Origin: Chloroflexota bacterium
GTDB taxonomy: Bacteria > Chloroflexota > UBA11872 > VXOZ01
Assembly: GCA_963662335.2 (NCBI GenBank)
Contig: CAXXVD010000003.1
Span: forward strand, 32,001 to 96,000
Length of the DNA: 64,000 bases
Direction: 5' to 3'
The notes below the pieces were generated by a model that saw only the letters and a list, made by a program, of their open reading frames with translations, was not told the DNA's origin and did no database searches. Of the stretch, positions 28,182 through 38,995 are shown piece after piece. The stretch's first letter is position 1, and each line of letters opens with the position of its first letter. A program made the position numbers and the translations under genes.

Positions 28182-29206
28182 GCGTTCCTGTTCTCACCTT
28201 TTTCAACAATAAGGGCGGGGTTGGCAAGACCTCTCTCGTCTACCACTTAGCGTGGATGTATGCTGAATTGGGGGTAAGCGTTCTGGCAGCGGATCTTGAT
28301 CCACAAGCCAACCTCACCAGCATGTTTCTTGAAGATGGGCGCGTGGAAGCCCTCTGGGACGGAGACCCTGAAGCGAATTCTTCCGCGAATACTATCTTCC
28401 AATGTGTAGAGCCGCTCATGCAGGTTGGGGACTTGCAGCCCCCAAATCTGCAAGAAATCACACCGCAATTGAGCTTGCTGCCGGGGGACTTGGCGTTGGC
28501 AGGCTTTGAGGACACGCTGTCTGCCGAATGGCCGAACGCGCTAGATTCCGGAGACCCTTATAGATCTTTCCGAATTCTGACGGCATTCTCGACCATCATG
28601 CAAGAGGGCGCCAATTCTATGGATGCTTCAATCATCCTCGCGGATGTTGGCCCTAACCTCGGCGCAATCAACCGTTCGGCCTTAATAGCCACCGATTATG
28701 TAGTTATTCCCCTGGGGGCCGACCTGTTCTCTCTCCAGGGCTTGCGGAATCTGGGACCTACGCTTCGCTCGTGGCGGCAAGATTGGAAAAAGAGAAGGGA
28801 CAATTGGGCAGAGCCCGCGTTCCCGCTTCCCAAAGGGGGCATGAAGCCAGTCGGCTATGTGGTGCAGCAGTATGGGATTCGGCTCTCTCGCCCAGTTATG
28901 GCGTACGACAAGTGGGTTAATCGGATGCCGAATGAGTACGCGAAAAACTTGCTGGAGATTAGCCAAGGTCCTTACCCGAGCACACCGGAGCAAGATGACC
29001 ACTCTCTTGCTACTGTCAAGCACTATCGCAGTCTCGTACCCATGGCTCAAGAAGCGCGCAAACCAATCTTCAAGCTCACGCCCGCCGATGGCGCAATTGG
29101 TGGCCACGCTGCCGCCGCCTGGCAGGCCCGAGACGATTTCAAAGAGTTGGCTGAGAAGATTAAGGCTCTTTGGTCGCGGGAACATGCGGGTAGTGTAGCC
29201 GTCTGA
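28178..29206 (+). CDS. long orphan ParA-family ATPase
   Basis: NNKGGVGKTS, DLDPQANLT and DVGPNLGAINR motifs; ATGA overlap with upstream gene. Confidence 0.9.
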   Translation: MSVPVLTFFNNKGGVGKTSLVYHLAWMYAELGVSVLAADLDPQANLTSMFLEDGRVEALWDGDPEANSSANTIFQCVEPLMQVGDLQPPNLQEITPQLSLLPGDLALAGFEDTLSAEWPNALDSGDPYRSFRILTAFSTIMQEGANSMDASIILADVGPNLGAINRSALIATDYVVIPLGADLFSLQGLRNLGPTLRSWRQDWKKRRDNWAEPAFPLPKGGMKPVGYVVQQYGIRLSRPVMAYDKWVNRMPNEYAKNLLEISQGPYPSTPEQDDHSLATVKHYRSLVPMAQEARKPIFKLTPADGAIGGHAAAAWQARDDFKELAEKIKALWSREHAGSVAV

Positions 29207-29409
29207 GCTGCGCTCCTTCCAGAACATCCGCCGACCACATTTCAGTCTTCAATCGTGTTTGGCTCTGCCGTCCCTTCTATGCCTGACTCGGCGTTTGCTG
29301 GTAGTTGCTTCAGCGTAATTCGCTTGTCTCTCACTATCTTGGCTAAGTACAATGCAGCCAGCAATGCGTTGATTTTCTCCGTGCGCCACGCCTTTGGGGG
29401 TCATTTGCT

Positions 29410-32367
29410 ATGGACAGAGACACATTCAAGAATCCCGGCGTCGAATATCGCGCCGTGCCGTTTTGGTCGTGGAACGACTGGTTGGAAGACGGCGAGTTGG
29501 TGCGGCAGATTGGCGAGATCGAGAAGGCCGGTTGGGGCGGCTTCTTCATGCACTCGCGGCTGGGGTTGGAGACGCCCTACATGACGCCGGAGTGGATGGA
29601 CCGCATTCGCGCGTGCGTCGAGGAAGCGCGGCGGCGGGGCATGCACGCCTGGCTCTACGACGAGGATAAGTGGCCCAGCGGCTTTGCCGGCGGCATGACC
29701 GCGCTCAAAGACCCCGACTACCGCATGAGAGTGCTCGCTTTGCGGGTGTTCAACCGCTACGACACCTATCCGGAGAGCGTGGCCGTATTCGCGGGCAACC
29801 TCGACAATGGCGTGCTCACCGGCGCGCGGCAGGTCGATAGCCAGCAGGACGACGCCCGCCTCACCTACCTGCAGTTTCATGAATGGATTGCGCCGCTCGG
29901 CAGCCCCTGGTTCAACGGCGCCGCGTACAGCGACCAACTCAGCGTGGCGGGCGTAGGCGAGTTCATCGAGAACACGTACGCCGCCTATCGAGAGGTCGTC
30001 GGCGACGACTTTGGCGGCGTGATTCCCGGCATCTTTACCGACGAGCCGAATTTTCTATCCTTCCATCAGGAGCACCCGGAGCTTTGCGTGCCTTGGACGA
30101 AAGGGTTTGCCGAGATATTCAAAGACAAATTCGGCTATGACCTCATTCCGCACCTGCCGTCGCTCTTCTATGACACCGGCGACTTTCGCAAAGTGCGCTA
30201 CCACTATTGGCGCGCCATCACGGAGCAGTTCGTGGAGGCGTTTTCCAAGCAGATCTACGACTGGTGCAACGAACACGACCTCAAGCTCACCGGACACTAC
30301 CTCTACGAGGATTCGCTGCAGCAGCAGGTGCCGGTCTCCGGCGCGGTGATGCCCCATTACGAGTACATGCACTACCCGGGCATGGACCACCTGCGGCGCG
30401 ACATCGAGAACCTCGTGACTCCCAAGCAACTGGACAGTGTTGCCTGCCAGCTTGGCAAGGAGCGCGCCCTTTCCGAGACCTACGGTTGCTCCGGCCAGAA
30501 CCTCTCGTTCGAGGGCCGCAAGTGGATTGGCGACTGGCAGTGCGTACTGGGCGTGAACTTCCTCAATCCGCATCTGTCGTCGTATACGCTGCGCGGCGCG
30601 CGCAAGCGGGACTACCCGCCCGACATCTTCTATCAGCAACCGTGGTGGCCCCACAATGCGCTGGTAGACGACTACTACGCTCGCCTCTCCTACGCGCTCA
30701 GCCAAGGCGAGCGGGTGGTGGATCTGCTGGTGGTGCATCCCATCGGCAGCGCGTGGTCGGTCTACCGTCCGCAGAATCCCCAGGCGGCGCGGGACGTCAA
30801 CGACCGGTGGGTGGCGCTCTCCACGCGGCTCTTGGAAGAGCACTTCGACTACCACTTTGGCGATGAATCGATAATGGCGCGGCACGGCCGGGTGGAAGAC
30901 GGCTGCCTGGTGGTGGGCCGCATGCGCTATCGCGTGGTCATCGTGCCGCCGAGCATCACGCTGGCGAGCACGACGGTGGCGTTGCTCCAGGCGTTCCGGG
31001 CCGCGGGCGGCGCGCTGTTCTTCTGCGAAGAAAAGCCGACCTTGGTGGAAGGCGAACCCGACGACGCGGTGGGAGCGCTGGCCGCCGCCTGCGAGACACT
31101 GCCGCTGGGAGACGAACCGCTGGCAACGACGCTGGCGCCGCACGTGACGCGGCCGGTGCGCGTGACCAACGGTGACGGCGGCGGCGTGCCCCACGTGTGG
31201 TACAACCTGCGGCGCAACGGCGGCGAGGATATTCTCTTCCTGGCGAACACGAGCCAGGAGGAGGGCGGCGACTACACCGTGCGCCTGCCAAACGGCGGCG
31301 CTTGGCAACTATGGGATGCGGCTACGGGCGACGTGGCGCCGCTGCCCGCGCGGGAGCCGGGGGCTAACGGCGCCGTCACGCTGCCGTTCGCGCCGGTAGG
31401 TTCGTACCTGCTCGTGAGTGATGGCAGCAGCGATGCCGAGGTGGCAGCGCCCGCGCCGCATTACACCGAATCTATCGCCGCGGGCGACACCTGGGACCTG
31501 GAACTGCTGGACCCGAACGCGCTAACACTTGACTACTGCGCCTGCCGCATTGGGGACGGCGCGTGGCAGGCGCCCGTGCCCCACCTCAAGGCCTTGGAGG
31601 TCCTACGGAGAGCCGGCAATCTGGAGCACATGCGCATACAGGGGGCCGGGGTGCCGTTTGCCGTGCGCTACACCTTTGAATCCGCTCTGCCGGCGGGGCG
31701 CGACCTCACGCTGGTGGTGGAGCGGCCGGCCGACTTCCGCATCGCGGTGAACGGCACGGCGGTCGCGCATGAACCGGGCGACGGCTACTGGCTGGATACC
31801 AGCTTCCGGCGCATTCCCATCGGCGCGCTCGCCCAACCCGGCACGAACACGATTACGTTGGAGGGCGTGACCAGCCTGGATATGGAGATCGAAGCCTGCT
31901 ACGTGATTGGCGACTTCGGCGTCGAGCAGAATGAGAGCGGTTTTCGGCTCGTGGCTGCTCCCACGCAGGCGCGGTCGGGCGACCTGACGCATCAAGGGCT
32001 GCCCTTCTATGCCGGCCGCGCGCGGCTGAGCCAACAGGTGCACGTTGCCCGCAAGAGCGGCGCCGCGGCGCTGGCGCTCGATGGACTCGACGCTACGGTG
32101 ACGATCGTGCGCGTAAACGGCCAGGAGGCCGGCGCAATCGTCTGGCGGCCTCACGAACTCGATATTTCATCCCTGCTGGTGGCGGGCGAAAACACACTGG
32201 AACTGGAACTCATCGGCACGCTCCACAACCTGCTCGGCCCGCACCACCACCGCGACGGCGAAATCCTGGGAGTCTCTCCCGCTACGTTCTCCGACTGGCT
32301 GAACTGGACGGATGACTACAACTTCGTCCGCTTCGGCGTGGAGCGGGCGCGCATCCGGTTGGAGTGA
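29410..32367 (+). CDS. glycoside hydrolase (GH106 / alpha-L-rhamnosidase-like)
   Basis: PFWSWND, WLYDEDKWPSGFAGG, GIFTDEP, SETYG and RKRDYPP motifs. Confidence 0.8.
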   Translation: MDRDTFKNPGVEYRAVPFWSWNDWLEDGELVRQIGEIEKAGWGGFFMHSRLGLETPYMTPEWMDRIRACVEEARRRGMHAWLYDEDKWPSGFAGGMTALKDPDYRMRVLALRVFNRYDTYPESVAVFAGNLDNGVLTGARQVDSQQDDARLTYLQFHEWIAPLGSPWFNGAAYSDQLSVAGVGEFIENTYAAYREVVGDDFGGVIPGIFTDEPNFLSFHQEHPELCVPWTKGFAEIFKDKFGYDLIPHLPSLFYDTGDFRKVRYHYWRAITEQFVEAFSKQIYDWCNEHDLKLTGHYLYEDSLQQQVPVSGAVMPHYEYMHYPGMDHLRRDIENLVTPKQLDSVACQLGKERALSETYGCSGQNLSFEGRKWIGDWQCVLGVNFLNPHLSSYTLRGARKRDYPPDIFYQQPWWPHNALVDDYYARLSYALSQGERVVDLLVVHPIGSAWSVYRPQNPQAARDVNDRWVALSTRLLEEHFDYHFGDESIMARHGRVEDGCLVVGRMRYRVVIVPPSITLASTTVALLQAFRAAGGALFFCEEKPTLVEGEPDDAVGALAAACETLPLGDEPLATTLAPHVTRPVRVTNGDGGGVPHVWYNLRRNGGEDILFLANTSQEEGGDYTVRLPNGGAWQLWDAATGDVAPLPAREPGANGAVTLPFAPVGSYLLVSDGSSDAEVAAPAPHYTESIAAGDTWDLELLDPNALTLDYCACRIGDGAWQAPVPHLKALEVLRRAGNLEHMRIQGAGVPFAVRYTFESALPAGRDLTLVVERPADFRIAVNGTAVAHEPGDGYWLDTSFRRIPIGALAQPGTNTITLEGVTSLDMEIEACYVIGDFGVEQNESGFRLVAAPTQARSGDLTHQGLPFYAGRARLSQQVHVARKSGAAALALDGLDATVTIVRVNGQEAGAIVWRPHELDISSLLVAGENTLELELIGTLHNLLGPHHHRDGEILGVSPATFSDWLNWTDDYNFVRFGVERARIRLE

Positions 32368-32445
32368 TGAGGCCGCGAGCGAAGCGCGGTTATGTGGCGG
32401 TAGAGCGAACGATCTCTGGAGGGCGAGGCCGGCGGCGGTTATTCT

Positions 32446-32650
32446 CCGTTCGCACTGAGCGCTGCGACCCTTCGGCAAGTTCAGCACAGGCCTGTCGAAG
32501 CGCAAACCATTCACTGGGCGAGTCAATTAACTCCCGTTCGCGCTGAGCCTGTCGAAGCGCCGGCCGGGCGCTAGGCCGTTCAGTGAGATTTCCAACGCAT
32601 CTATCCACGGAACCATCCGTTCATGGTTCGACAAGCTCACCACGAACGGT
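32446..32650. repeat. CCGTTCG..CTGAGCCTGTCGAAG-type palindromic repeats
   Basis: Three related copies; more at about 36008-36042 and 46052-46190. Confidence 0.7.
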
Positions 32651-32664
32651 CTGGCCTTTGGCGG

Positions 32665-34548
32665 TCACAGGTGCTCCTTCACCTTCTCCGCCACCGTCCG
32701 GTTCATCTTGGGCGCGTCGGACAGCGCCTCCACCGACGCCTCCCGGATCGCGTCCACGCTGCCGAAGTGTTGCAGCAGCGCCATCTTGCGCTTGGTGCCA
32801 ATGCCGGGAATCTTGTCCAGCAGCGAGCCGAAACTGTGCTTGGTGCGCACCGTGCGGTGGTAGGTGATGGCGAAGCGGTGCGCCTCGTCACGGACGCGCT
32901 GCAATAGCTTGCGCGCCTCGGAGCGCTCTTCCAGCGTGATGGGCCGAGAAGCGCCGGGCAGGAAAATCTCCTCGCGCTGCTTGGCTAGTCCCAGCGCCGG
33001 AATGTCGTGCAGGGCCAGATTTGCCAGCACCTCCAGCACCGCGTTGAGTTGCCCCTTGCCGCCGTCGATCACCAGCAAATCGGGCTTGATGCCCCATGAA
33101 TCCAGGGCGTCCGCCTCCGGCTCTACCGCCCCGTCCTCACGCTGGCCGGTCTCCGCTTCCGCGCGCCGGTCGCTCAGGCGTTTGAGCCGCCGGGTGAGCA
33201 TCTCCTGCAGGCTGGCGTAGTCGTTGGGCCCGTCCACGGAGTTGATGCGGAAGCGCCGGTAGTCGCCCGTGCTCGGCAGGCCGGCCACGCAGACCGCCAT
33301 CGCGCCCACTGTGTACGCCCCTTGGATGTTGGAAATGTCGTAGCATTCGATGCGCGTCGGCGGCGCGTCGAGATCCAGCACGTCGGCCAGTTCGGTCAGG
33401 GCCACCTGCGCCCGTTGCTGGCTGTCCAGGTGGCGCAGCCGGTGGTCGTGCAGGCCCTGGCGGGCGTTGTTGCCCGCTAGCTCCACCAGGCGGCGCTTTT
33501 CGCCAATCTTCGGCACGCTGAGCGTCACCGCGCCGCCGCGCCGTTCCCGCAGCCACGCGCGCAGCAATTCCGCGCCGCGAATGCCCACCGGCAGGAAGAG
33601 CGCCTGCGGAATCTGCATGCTGCGCCCATAGAACTGCTGCAGGAATTCGCGGATCACGTCCCGGTCTTCCTCGTCGGACACGTGCTCCAGGATGAAGTTT
33701 TCGCGCCCCAGCAGGTGGCCGCCGCGAATGCTGAAGACCTGCACGCAGGCCTCATCCTGCTCGCGGGCAAAGCCGATGACGTCGATATCCCCTTGCCGTA
33801 TGTTAGTGATCTTTTGGCGTTCTAAGACACGTTCCACGGCCCGGATGCGGTCGCGCAGGGCCGCCGCGCGCTCGAACTCCAACGTGTCCGAGGCTGCGCG
33901 CATCTCGCCGCGCAGATTCCGGATCACGTCGCCCGGCCGGCCTTCCAGAAAGCGCGTGACCTGCTCGATGATGCCGCCGTAGCCCTCCTGGGTCACCGCG
34001 CCGATGCACGGCCCGGCGCAGCGCTTGATGTGGAAGTCCAGGCACGGGCGCTCGTACTCCTTCTCCATGTCCAGGGCGCACGAGCGGTAGGGAAAGAGCC
34101 GGTTGAGCAGGTTCAGCGTGTCGCGCAGGCTGTAGGCGCTGGTGTACGGCCCGTAGTAGCGCGCGCCGTCGTCCAGGATGCGGCGCGTTGTCAATACGCG
34201 GGGATAGCTCTCGTTCAGGGTGACTTTGAGGTAGAGGAACGATTTGTCGTCGCGCAGCACCACGTTGTAGCGCGGCCGGTGGTGCTTGATGAGATTGCTC
34301 TCCAGCACCAGCGCTTCGATCTCGGTATCGGTGATGATGTACTCCACCGTGGCGGCGTGCTCCACCATGCTGCGGGTCTTCCAGGGCATGCGGTCCTGGC
34401 GGCCAAAATACGACCGCACCCGGTTGCGCAGCAGCTTGGCCTTGCCCACGTAGAGCACCGCGCCCTTGCGGTCGCGAAAGAGGTAGCAGCCCGGCAGCAA
34501 AGGCACGCCGGACATGCGCTCGCGGGCTTCATCTACCGGAATCGACAC
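32665..34548 (-). CDS. uvrC: excinuclease ABC subunit C
   Basis: GIY-YIG (PGCY...YVGKAK), IECYDISN, IDGGKGQL, RDEAHRFA and HhH. Confidence 0.97.
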   Translation of the reverse strand: MSIPVDEARERMSGVPLLPGCYLFRDRKGAVLYVGKAKLLRNRVRSYFGRQDRMPWKTRSMVEHAATVEYIITDTEIEALVLESNLIKHHRPRYNVVLRDDKSFLYLKVTLNESYPRVLTTRRILDDGARYYGPYTSAYSLRDTLNLLNRLFPYRSCALDMEKEYERPCLDFHIKRCAGPCIGAVTQEGYGGIIEQVTRFLEGRPGDVIRNLRGEMRAASDTLEFERAAALRDRIRAVERVLERQKITNIRQGDIDVIGFAREQDEACVQVFSIRGGHLLGRENFILEHVSDEEDRDVIREFLQQFYGRSMQIPQALFLPVGIRGAELLRAWLRERRGGAVTLSVPKIGEKRRLVELAGNNARQGLHDHRLRHLDSQQRAQVALTELADVLDLDAPPTRIECYDISNIQGAYTVGAMAVCVAGLPSTGDYRRFRINSVDGPNDYASLQEMLTRRLKRLSDRRAEAETGQREDGAVEPEADALDSWGIKPDLLVIDGGKGQLNAVLEVLANLALHDIPALGLAKQREEIFLPGASRPITLEERSEARKLLQRVRDEAHRFAITYHRTVRTKHSFGSLLDKIPGIGTKRKMALLQHFGSVDAIREASVEALSDAPKMNRTVAEKVKEHL

Positions 34549-34717
34549 GCGGAATCTCCAATGGCGCACGCACGCATAAGGACTTCCTGTCTTGATATGG
34601 TATCATGGGCGCAGAAGTGATAAGTTTGCGTCAAAGGATACCGTTGGCCTCGTGGCGAGACTGTAGGTGTCGGCTGGAGGAACAATCCGATCGCAGTTAG
34701 AGGAGCAAGAAGAGCGT

Positions 34718-34978
34718 ATGGCTATGCTGGACACGTATCGGGCGTTTGAAGCCCTAACCGGTGCGGGCTTCACGGCAAGTCAGGCCAGAGCCCTTATCGA
34801 CATGGGACGTGAAGGCTACGGCGCGCTGGCGACGAAAGCCGACATTGAAGATATGGCGACCAAAGCCGACCTGCGCGATCTGGAACAGCGCATGACCATA
34901 AAGGTAGGCGCAATGCTCTTCGCGCTAGCGGGTTTGCTGATTGGCGTATTGGTCGCTTTGGAATTGCTGCCGCTCTGA
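34718..34978 (+). CDS. small DUF1640/CCDC90-like coiled-coil membrane protein
   Basis: L..AGF...QA, two ATKAD repeats, C-terminal TM helix. Confidence 0.75.
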   Translation: MAMLDTYRAFEALTGAGFTASQARALIDMGREGYGALATKADIEDMATKADLRDLEQRMTIKVGAMLFALAGLLIGVLVALELLPL

Positions 34979-35075
34979 CGCGAGCGGGGGCGTATGGCCG
35001 CAAGCTTTCGCGCGTTGCCGGAATCAAGCGCTATTGAGATTTTGCAAGTATTGGCATTCAAGGAGGAGGATCGTC

Positions 35076-35873
35076 GTGCGTAACACCAGGAAGTTCATCG
35101 GCCTGCTCGCGCTGGCAAGCGTGCTGCTCTTGCCGGCGTGCGGGGTTGCGGCGGCGCAGGCCGCGCCCAGCGCGGCTGAGGCGGAAGCGCCGGCCGCGAC
35201 CGCGAGCGAGGGTGGCGAGGAGAAGCAAAGCGAACGCAGCATCTCCGTGTCGGGACAGGGCACGGCCAGCGCCAAGCCCGACCTGGTCACGCTCTCGCTA
35301 GGCGTGCAGGCCACGGGTGAAACGGCGATGGAGGCCTTAGAGTTGAACAGCGAGCAGATGGCCGCCGTCATCGACGAACTGCTGGAAGCCGGCATCGATG
35401 AAGAGGACATTCAGACCTCCGGCATCAACCTCTACCCCGTCTACGACAACGAGCAGCGCTTCGGCTCCAGCGAACCGCGCGAGATCGTGGGCTACCGGGC
35501 GCAGAACACGGTGACCGTGACCGTGCACGAAATCGAAATGGCGGGTGAGGTGCTGGACGCGGCGGTGACGGCCGGCGCGAATACGGTGAGCGGCATCCGC
35601 TTCGGCCTGAGCGACACCGACACGCTCGTCACCGACGCGCTCATCGCCGCCGTGTTGAACGCGCAGGAGAAGGCCCAGACCATCGCCGATACCCTCGGCG
35701 TGGAGCTTGGCGCGGCACTGATGGTGAATGAGGAGTACATCGAGCGCCCGCAGGCGGGGGCGTTCGTAGCCCGGGCGGAGGCGGCCTTCGATAGCGGCGG
35801 CTTTGCCCCGCCGGTGCAGGGCGGCACCGTCGGCGTGACCGCCCACGTGCGCGTGACGTTCGCCATCGAGTGA
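35076..35873 (+). CDS. SIMPL (DUF541) domain lipoprotein
   Basis: ISVSGQG...PD, DIQTS.I.LYP.Y and GANTVSGI.F motifs. Confidence 0.9.
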   Translation: MRNTRKFIGLLALASVLLLPACGVAAAQAAPSAAEAEAPAATASEGGEEKQSERSISVSGQGTASAKPDLVTLSLGVQATGETAMEALELNSEQMAAVIDELLEAGIDEEDIQTSGINLYPVYDNEQRFGSSEPREIVGYRAQNTVTVTVHEIEMAGEVLDAAVTAGANTVSGIRFGLSDTDTLVTDALIAAVLNAQEKAQTIADTLGVELGAALMVNEEYIERPQAGAFVARAEAAFDSGGFAPPVQGGTVGVTAHVRVTFAIE

Positions 35874-35920
35874 GGCGAGATGCCTGACGGATAAGCGGAT
35901 GGCAAGAAGAGATGGGATTA

Positions 35921-35956
35921 AGAAAGCGGGTCGTCTTGCGACCCGCTTTCTTTTCT
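35921..35956 (+). terminator. rho-independent terminator
   Basis: AGAAAGCGGGTCG-TCTTG-CGACCCGCTTTCT followed by a T-rich tail. Confidence 0.75.
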
Positions 35957-36007
35957 ATATCGGGTTGTGCGTAGAGTTGTTTGTAGAGGAGGGTAGCGCA
36001 ACGCCAG

Positions 36008-36264
36008 CCGTTCGTCCTGAGCCTGTCGAAGGGCGAACGGTTCGGAAGAGCGGGTCGGTGAACGGTGCCAGGAGTTGCGCAAAGCGCGACACAGGCGGGG
36101 GACAAGCCCCCGCGCTACGTACCGTCATTCACGCGCGCGCATTCCGTCATTCCCGCGCACGCGGGAATCCATCTTCACGGCCAGCGTTAGCCCAGGCGGC
36201 GGGGACAAGCCCCGCGCTACAGGCGCTCCACCGCCGGTAGGGGCACGACATGTCGTGCCCCTAC
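36008..36264. repeat. mixed REP cluster
   Basis: GTAG and CGTC palindromes in series. Confidence 0.8.
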
Positions 36265-37088
36265 CGGGTGGGGTTGGTTGGCGCGTAGAGGTCGGGCCGG
36301 CGGTCGTCCAGATAGGTGGCAATCGTGCGCCACTGTTCCCAATCCGGGTGGTTGAGTTCCAGCGACGCCACCGCTACGCCTTCACCTGCGCCGATCTGCG
36401 CCAGGAAGCCGCCGGAGGGGGCGGCGATGCAGGAGTGTCCCAGGCTCTGCCAGCCCTCTTCCACGCCCACGCGGTCGGCCATTGCCACGTGCACCGTGTT
36501 TTCCAGGGCGCGGGTGGCGACCAGGCCGCTGACCACGTTGCCGCCCCAGCCCAGGCCGCGCTGCCAGTCGTTGGTGATCCAATCGGTGCTGTTCAAGATG
36601 ACCTGCGCCCCTTCCAACACCAGGCGGCGGATGTATTCGGGGAATATCAGGTCGTAGCAGATCGTCAGCGCCACGCGGGTACCGCCGATGTCGAACAGGG
36701 CCGGTTCCGTGCCGGGCGTGAACGCCTCGCGTTCCGCCGCAAACAGGTGCACTTTGCGGTACGCCCCGCGCAGGCTGCCGTCGGGCGCAAGCAGCGCGGC
36801 GCTATTGTAGAGGCAGCCCGTGCCTTGCTCGATCATGCCCGCCACCACGTAGCAGCGGTGGCGTGCGGCAATCCGTCCCAGTTCGTCCGTGGTCGGGCCG
36901 GGAACCGGCTCGGCCAGCGCGGCCAGGCGCTGGCCGACGAAGTAGCCGGTGGTTGCCAGTTCCGGCAGCACGCACACCGTTGCGCCCTGCGCCGCGGCGG
37001 CCGCCACCAGGCTCTCGGCGCGCGCCAGGTTGGCGGTCACGTCGCCGAGCACGCAGTCCATCTGCACTACGGCAAGTTTGAAAGACAT
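36261..37088 (-). CDS. carbon-nitrogen hydrolase
   Basis: LPELATTGY, YRKVHLF, ICYDLIFPE and RALEN motifs. Confidence 0.92.
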   Translation of the reverse strand: MSFKLAVVQMDCVLGDVTANLARAESLVAAAAAQGATVCVLPELATTGYFVGQRLAALAEPVPGPTTDELGRIAARHRCYVVAGMIEQGTGCLYNSAALLAPDGSLRGAYRKVHLFAAEREAFTPGTEPALFDIGGTRVALTICYDLIFPEYIRRLVLEGAQVILNSTDWITNDWQRGLGWGGNVVSGLVATRALENTVHVAMADRVGVEEGWQSLGHSCIAAPSGGFLAQIGAGEGVAVASLELNHPDWEQWRTIATYLDDRRPDLYAPTNPTR

Positions 37089-37122
37089 CGTTCAATACGC
37101 CTCGTTTCTTGGCCTCACTTCC

Positions 37123-37313
37123 GGTCATGCCGAGCGCGGCCATGTCTCATTCCGAGCACGACCTTGTCTCACTCCGGGCACGACCATGTGTCATTCCGGG
37201 CACAACCATGTGTCATTCCGAGCGCAGCGAGGAATCTCGCGCCCATGCCGCACATAGTCTGTCGGCCTCACCGCACTAGATTCCTCACTCCGCTGTGCTC
37301 CGTTCGGAATGAC
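37123..37313. repeat. 22-bp degenerate tandem repeat leading into a CGTC REP doublet
   Basis: CCATGTGTCATTCCGRGCACRA about 4 times. Confidence 0.75.
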
Positions 37314-37594
37314 AGCAATGTGCCGCACCCTGTTCAGAACGCGGTCGAGCGAGTCTGACAACGAATTGGCCAACGTCCAGAGCCCCGAGCGCAGCCAGGA
37401 ATCTATGCGGTCCCGCACTCTTAATACTTCGTCGCAGAATTCATCCTGAGCTTGACGAAGGGCTCCTCAGAATGACACGGGGAAGTGCGTTTGAGTCTCA
37501 ACGTCAAACTGGAGAGACGGCACAGACGCCGTCTCTCCAGCCATAGGCGAAACGTGAACGAGGCCGTCACGCCCGCGCCTGCGGGCAGCCGGCC

Positions 37595-38995
37595 TTACGA
37601 CTCCAGTTCCTGGGTAATGAGCCTGGCCGCTTCCGCCAGCGCGCCGCGCAAGTCCAGTTCGCTCTCGCCGCTCATGGCGTCGCGCACGATTTGGAAGTGC
37701 GGGTTGGAGGCCGTCCAGCGCCGGTAGAACGGGTAGTTCTTGCCTTTCGCGCCCACTTCCGGCGTAACGGCAATCACCGGGAAGTCCTCCACGGCGCTGG
37801 CCCACTCGGGCGAATTGTAGAAGTCCAGCCGCGGCGAGACCTGGTTGACCAGGAGCAGCTTTTGCACCTGGGCCTCCATGCCGCAGATGAAGCGGCTCAT
37901 CTCGAAGGCCATGTCCGGCTGTGCCGTGCCGTCGGGCACCACCATCATGTTGATCCAGGTAGCGCCGCTGGCGTCGCCGTCCTGGCTGGGGCCTTGCGGC
38001 GGCGGCGCGAACCAGAAGTTGAAGCCTTCCTCGAACTCGTCGCGGATGTAGTAGGCCGCCCAGGTGCCCCAGTGGATGGCCGAGCCGCGGCCCTGCGCCA
38101 GGATTTCACGGCCTGACGGGAAGTCGTCGATCAGATCGCGGTACTTCACGTGCTGCTTGGCGCGGTGGTCCGCCACCTCCAGCGCCGCGGCGGAATCGAA
38201 GACCGCCTGGGTGATTTCCTCGTTGTGGATGTCCCCGCCGTTGGCGTAGAGCCAGGCCGCATATTCCGGCAAGCCGGGAATGTGGTAGGTGAAGCCCAGG
38301 CCCTCGTACTTGCCGGCGGCGTTCTTCTTGGCCAGTTTCTCGCTGGCGGCCGCCAGGCCGTCCCAGGTGGCCAGGTCGGCGCCTTCCGGATCCAGGCCCG
38401 CATCCACGAAGTGGTCCTGGTTGATCACGATCACGTAGGAGTCCGGCCCCCAGAAAGAGATGCCAAAGTACTTGCCCTGCGCCCGGCGGTACGGGTTGGC
38501 GCTATCCATGAACTGGTCGGGGCCAACGTCCGGCGCCGCGGCCAGGTGGGAACTCAGGTCCGTCAGCAAGCCGTTGTCCCAGAGGTCCCGCGCCCAGATG
38601 ATGGAACTGTGCATCACGTCGGGCACCACGCGGGCGGCGGCTTCCGTGGTGAGTTTCGCCACGTTCTCGCCAAAGGACACGTGGGAGTAATCGATGTTCT
38701 CCACCTGCGGATTCATTTCGCGGAACGTCTCGCTGGCCCAGATGAACCACTGGTCCCAGGTAGTCGGCGTCTGGCCCACCTGGCGCCAGTCGCGAAACAC
38801 CAGCGTGATCTTCTCCGGCTCCGGCTGCTTGGCCTCCTCTTTCGGCGCTTCGGCTTCCTTCACCTCTTCTTGCGGCGCTTCCGTTGCGGTCCCGGCCTGG
38901 CCGCACGCGGCCAGCAACGCAAACCCGCCCGCCGCCGCGCCGCCGGCCAGAAATCGCCGGCGCGAAAACGCACGTCTTGTCTCTTTGGTATCCAT
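37595..38995 (-). CDS. Tat-exported ABC sugar-binding lipoprotein
   Basis: SRRRFL, lipobox LAAC, SBP family 1 features. Confidence 0.85.
   Translation of the reverse strand: MDTKETRRAFSRRRFLAGGAAAGGFALLAACGQAGTATEAPQEEVKEAEAPKEEAKQPEPEKITLVFRDWRQVGQTPTTWDQWFIWASETFREMNPQVENIDYSHVSFGENVAKLTTEAAARVVPDVMHSSIIWARDLWDNGLLTDLSSHLAAAPDVGPDQFMDSANPYRRAQGKYFGISFWGPDSYVIVINQDHFVDAGLDPEGADLATWDGLAAASEKLAKKNAAGKYEGLGFTYHIPGLPEYAAWLYANGGDIHNEEITQAVFDSAAALEVADHRAKQHVKYRDLIDDFPSGREILAQGRGSAIHWGTWAAYYIRDEFEEGFNFWFAPPPQGPSQDGDASGATWINMMVVPDGTAQPDMAFEMSRFICGMEAQVQKLLLVNQVSPRLDFYNSPEWASAVEDFPVIAVTPEVGAKGKNYPFYRRWTASNPHFQIVRDAMSGESELDLRGALAEAARLITQELES

Noticed and set aside
28178-29206. chromosome-partitioning parA (Soj)
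   Set aside because: No parB or parS seen, longer than Soj, lower GC, coupled to an AlbA_2 gene
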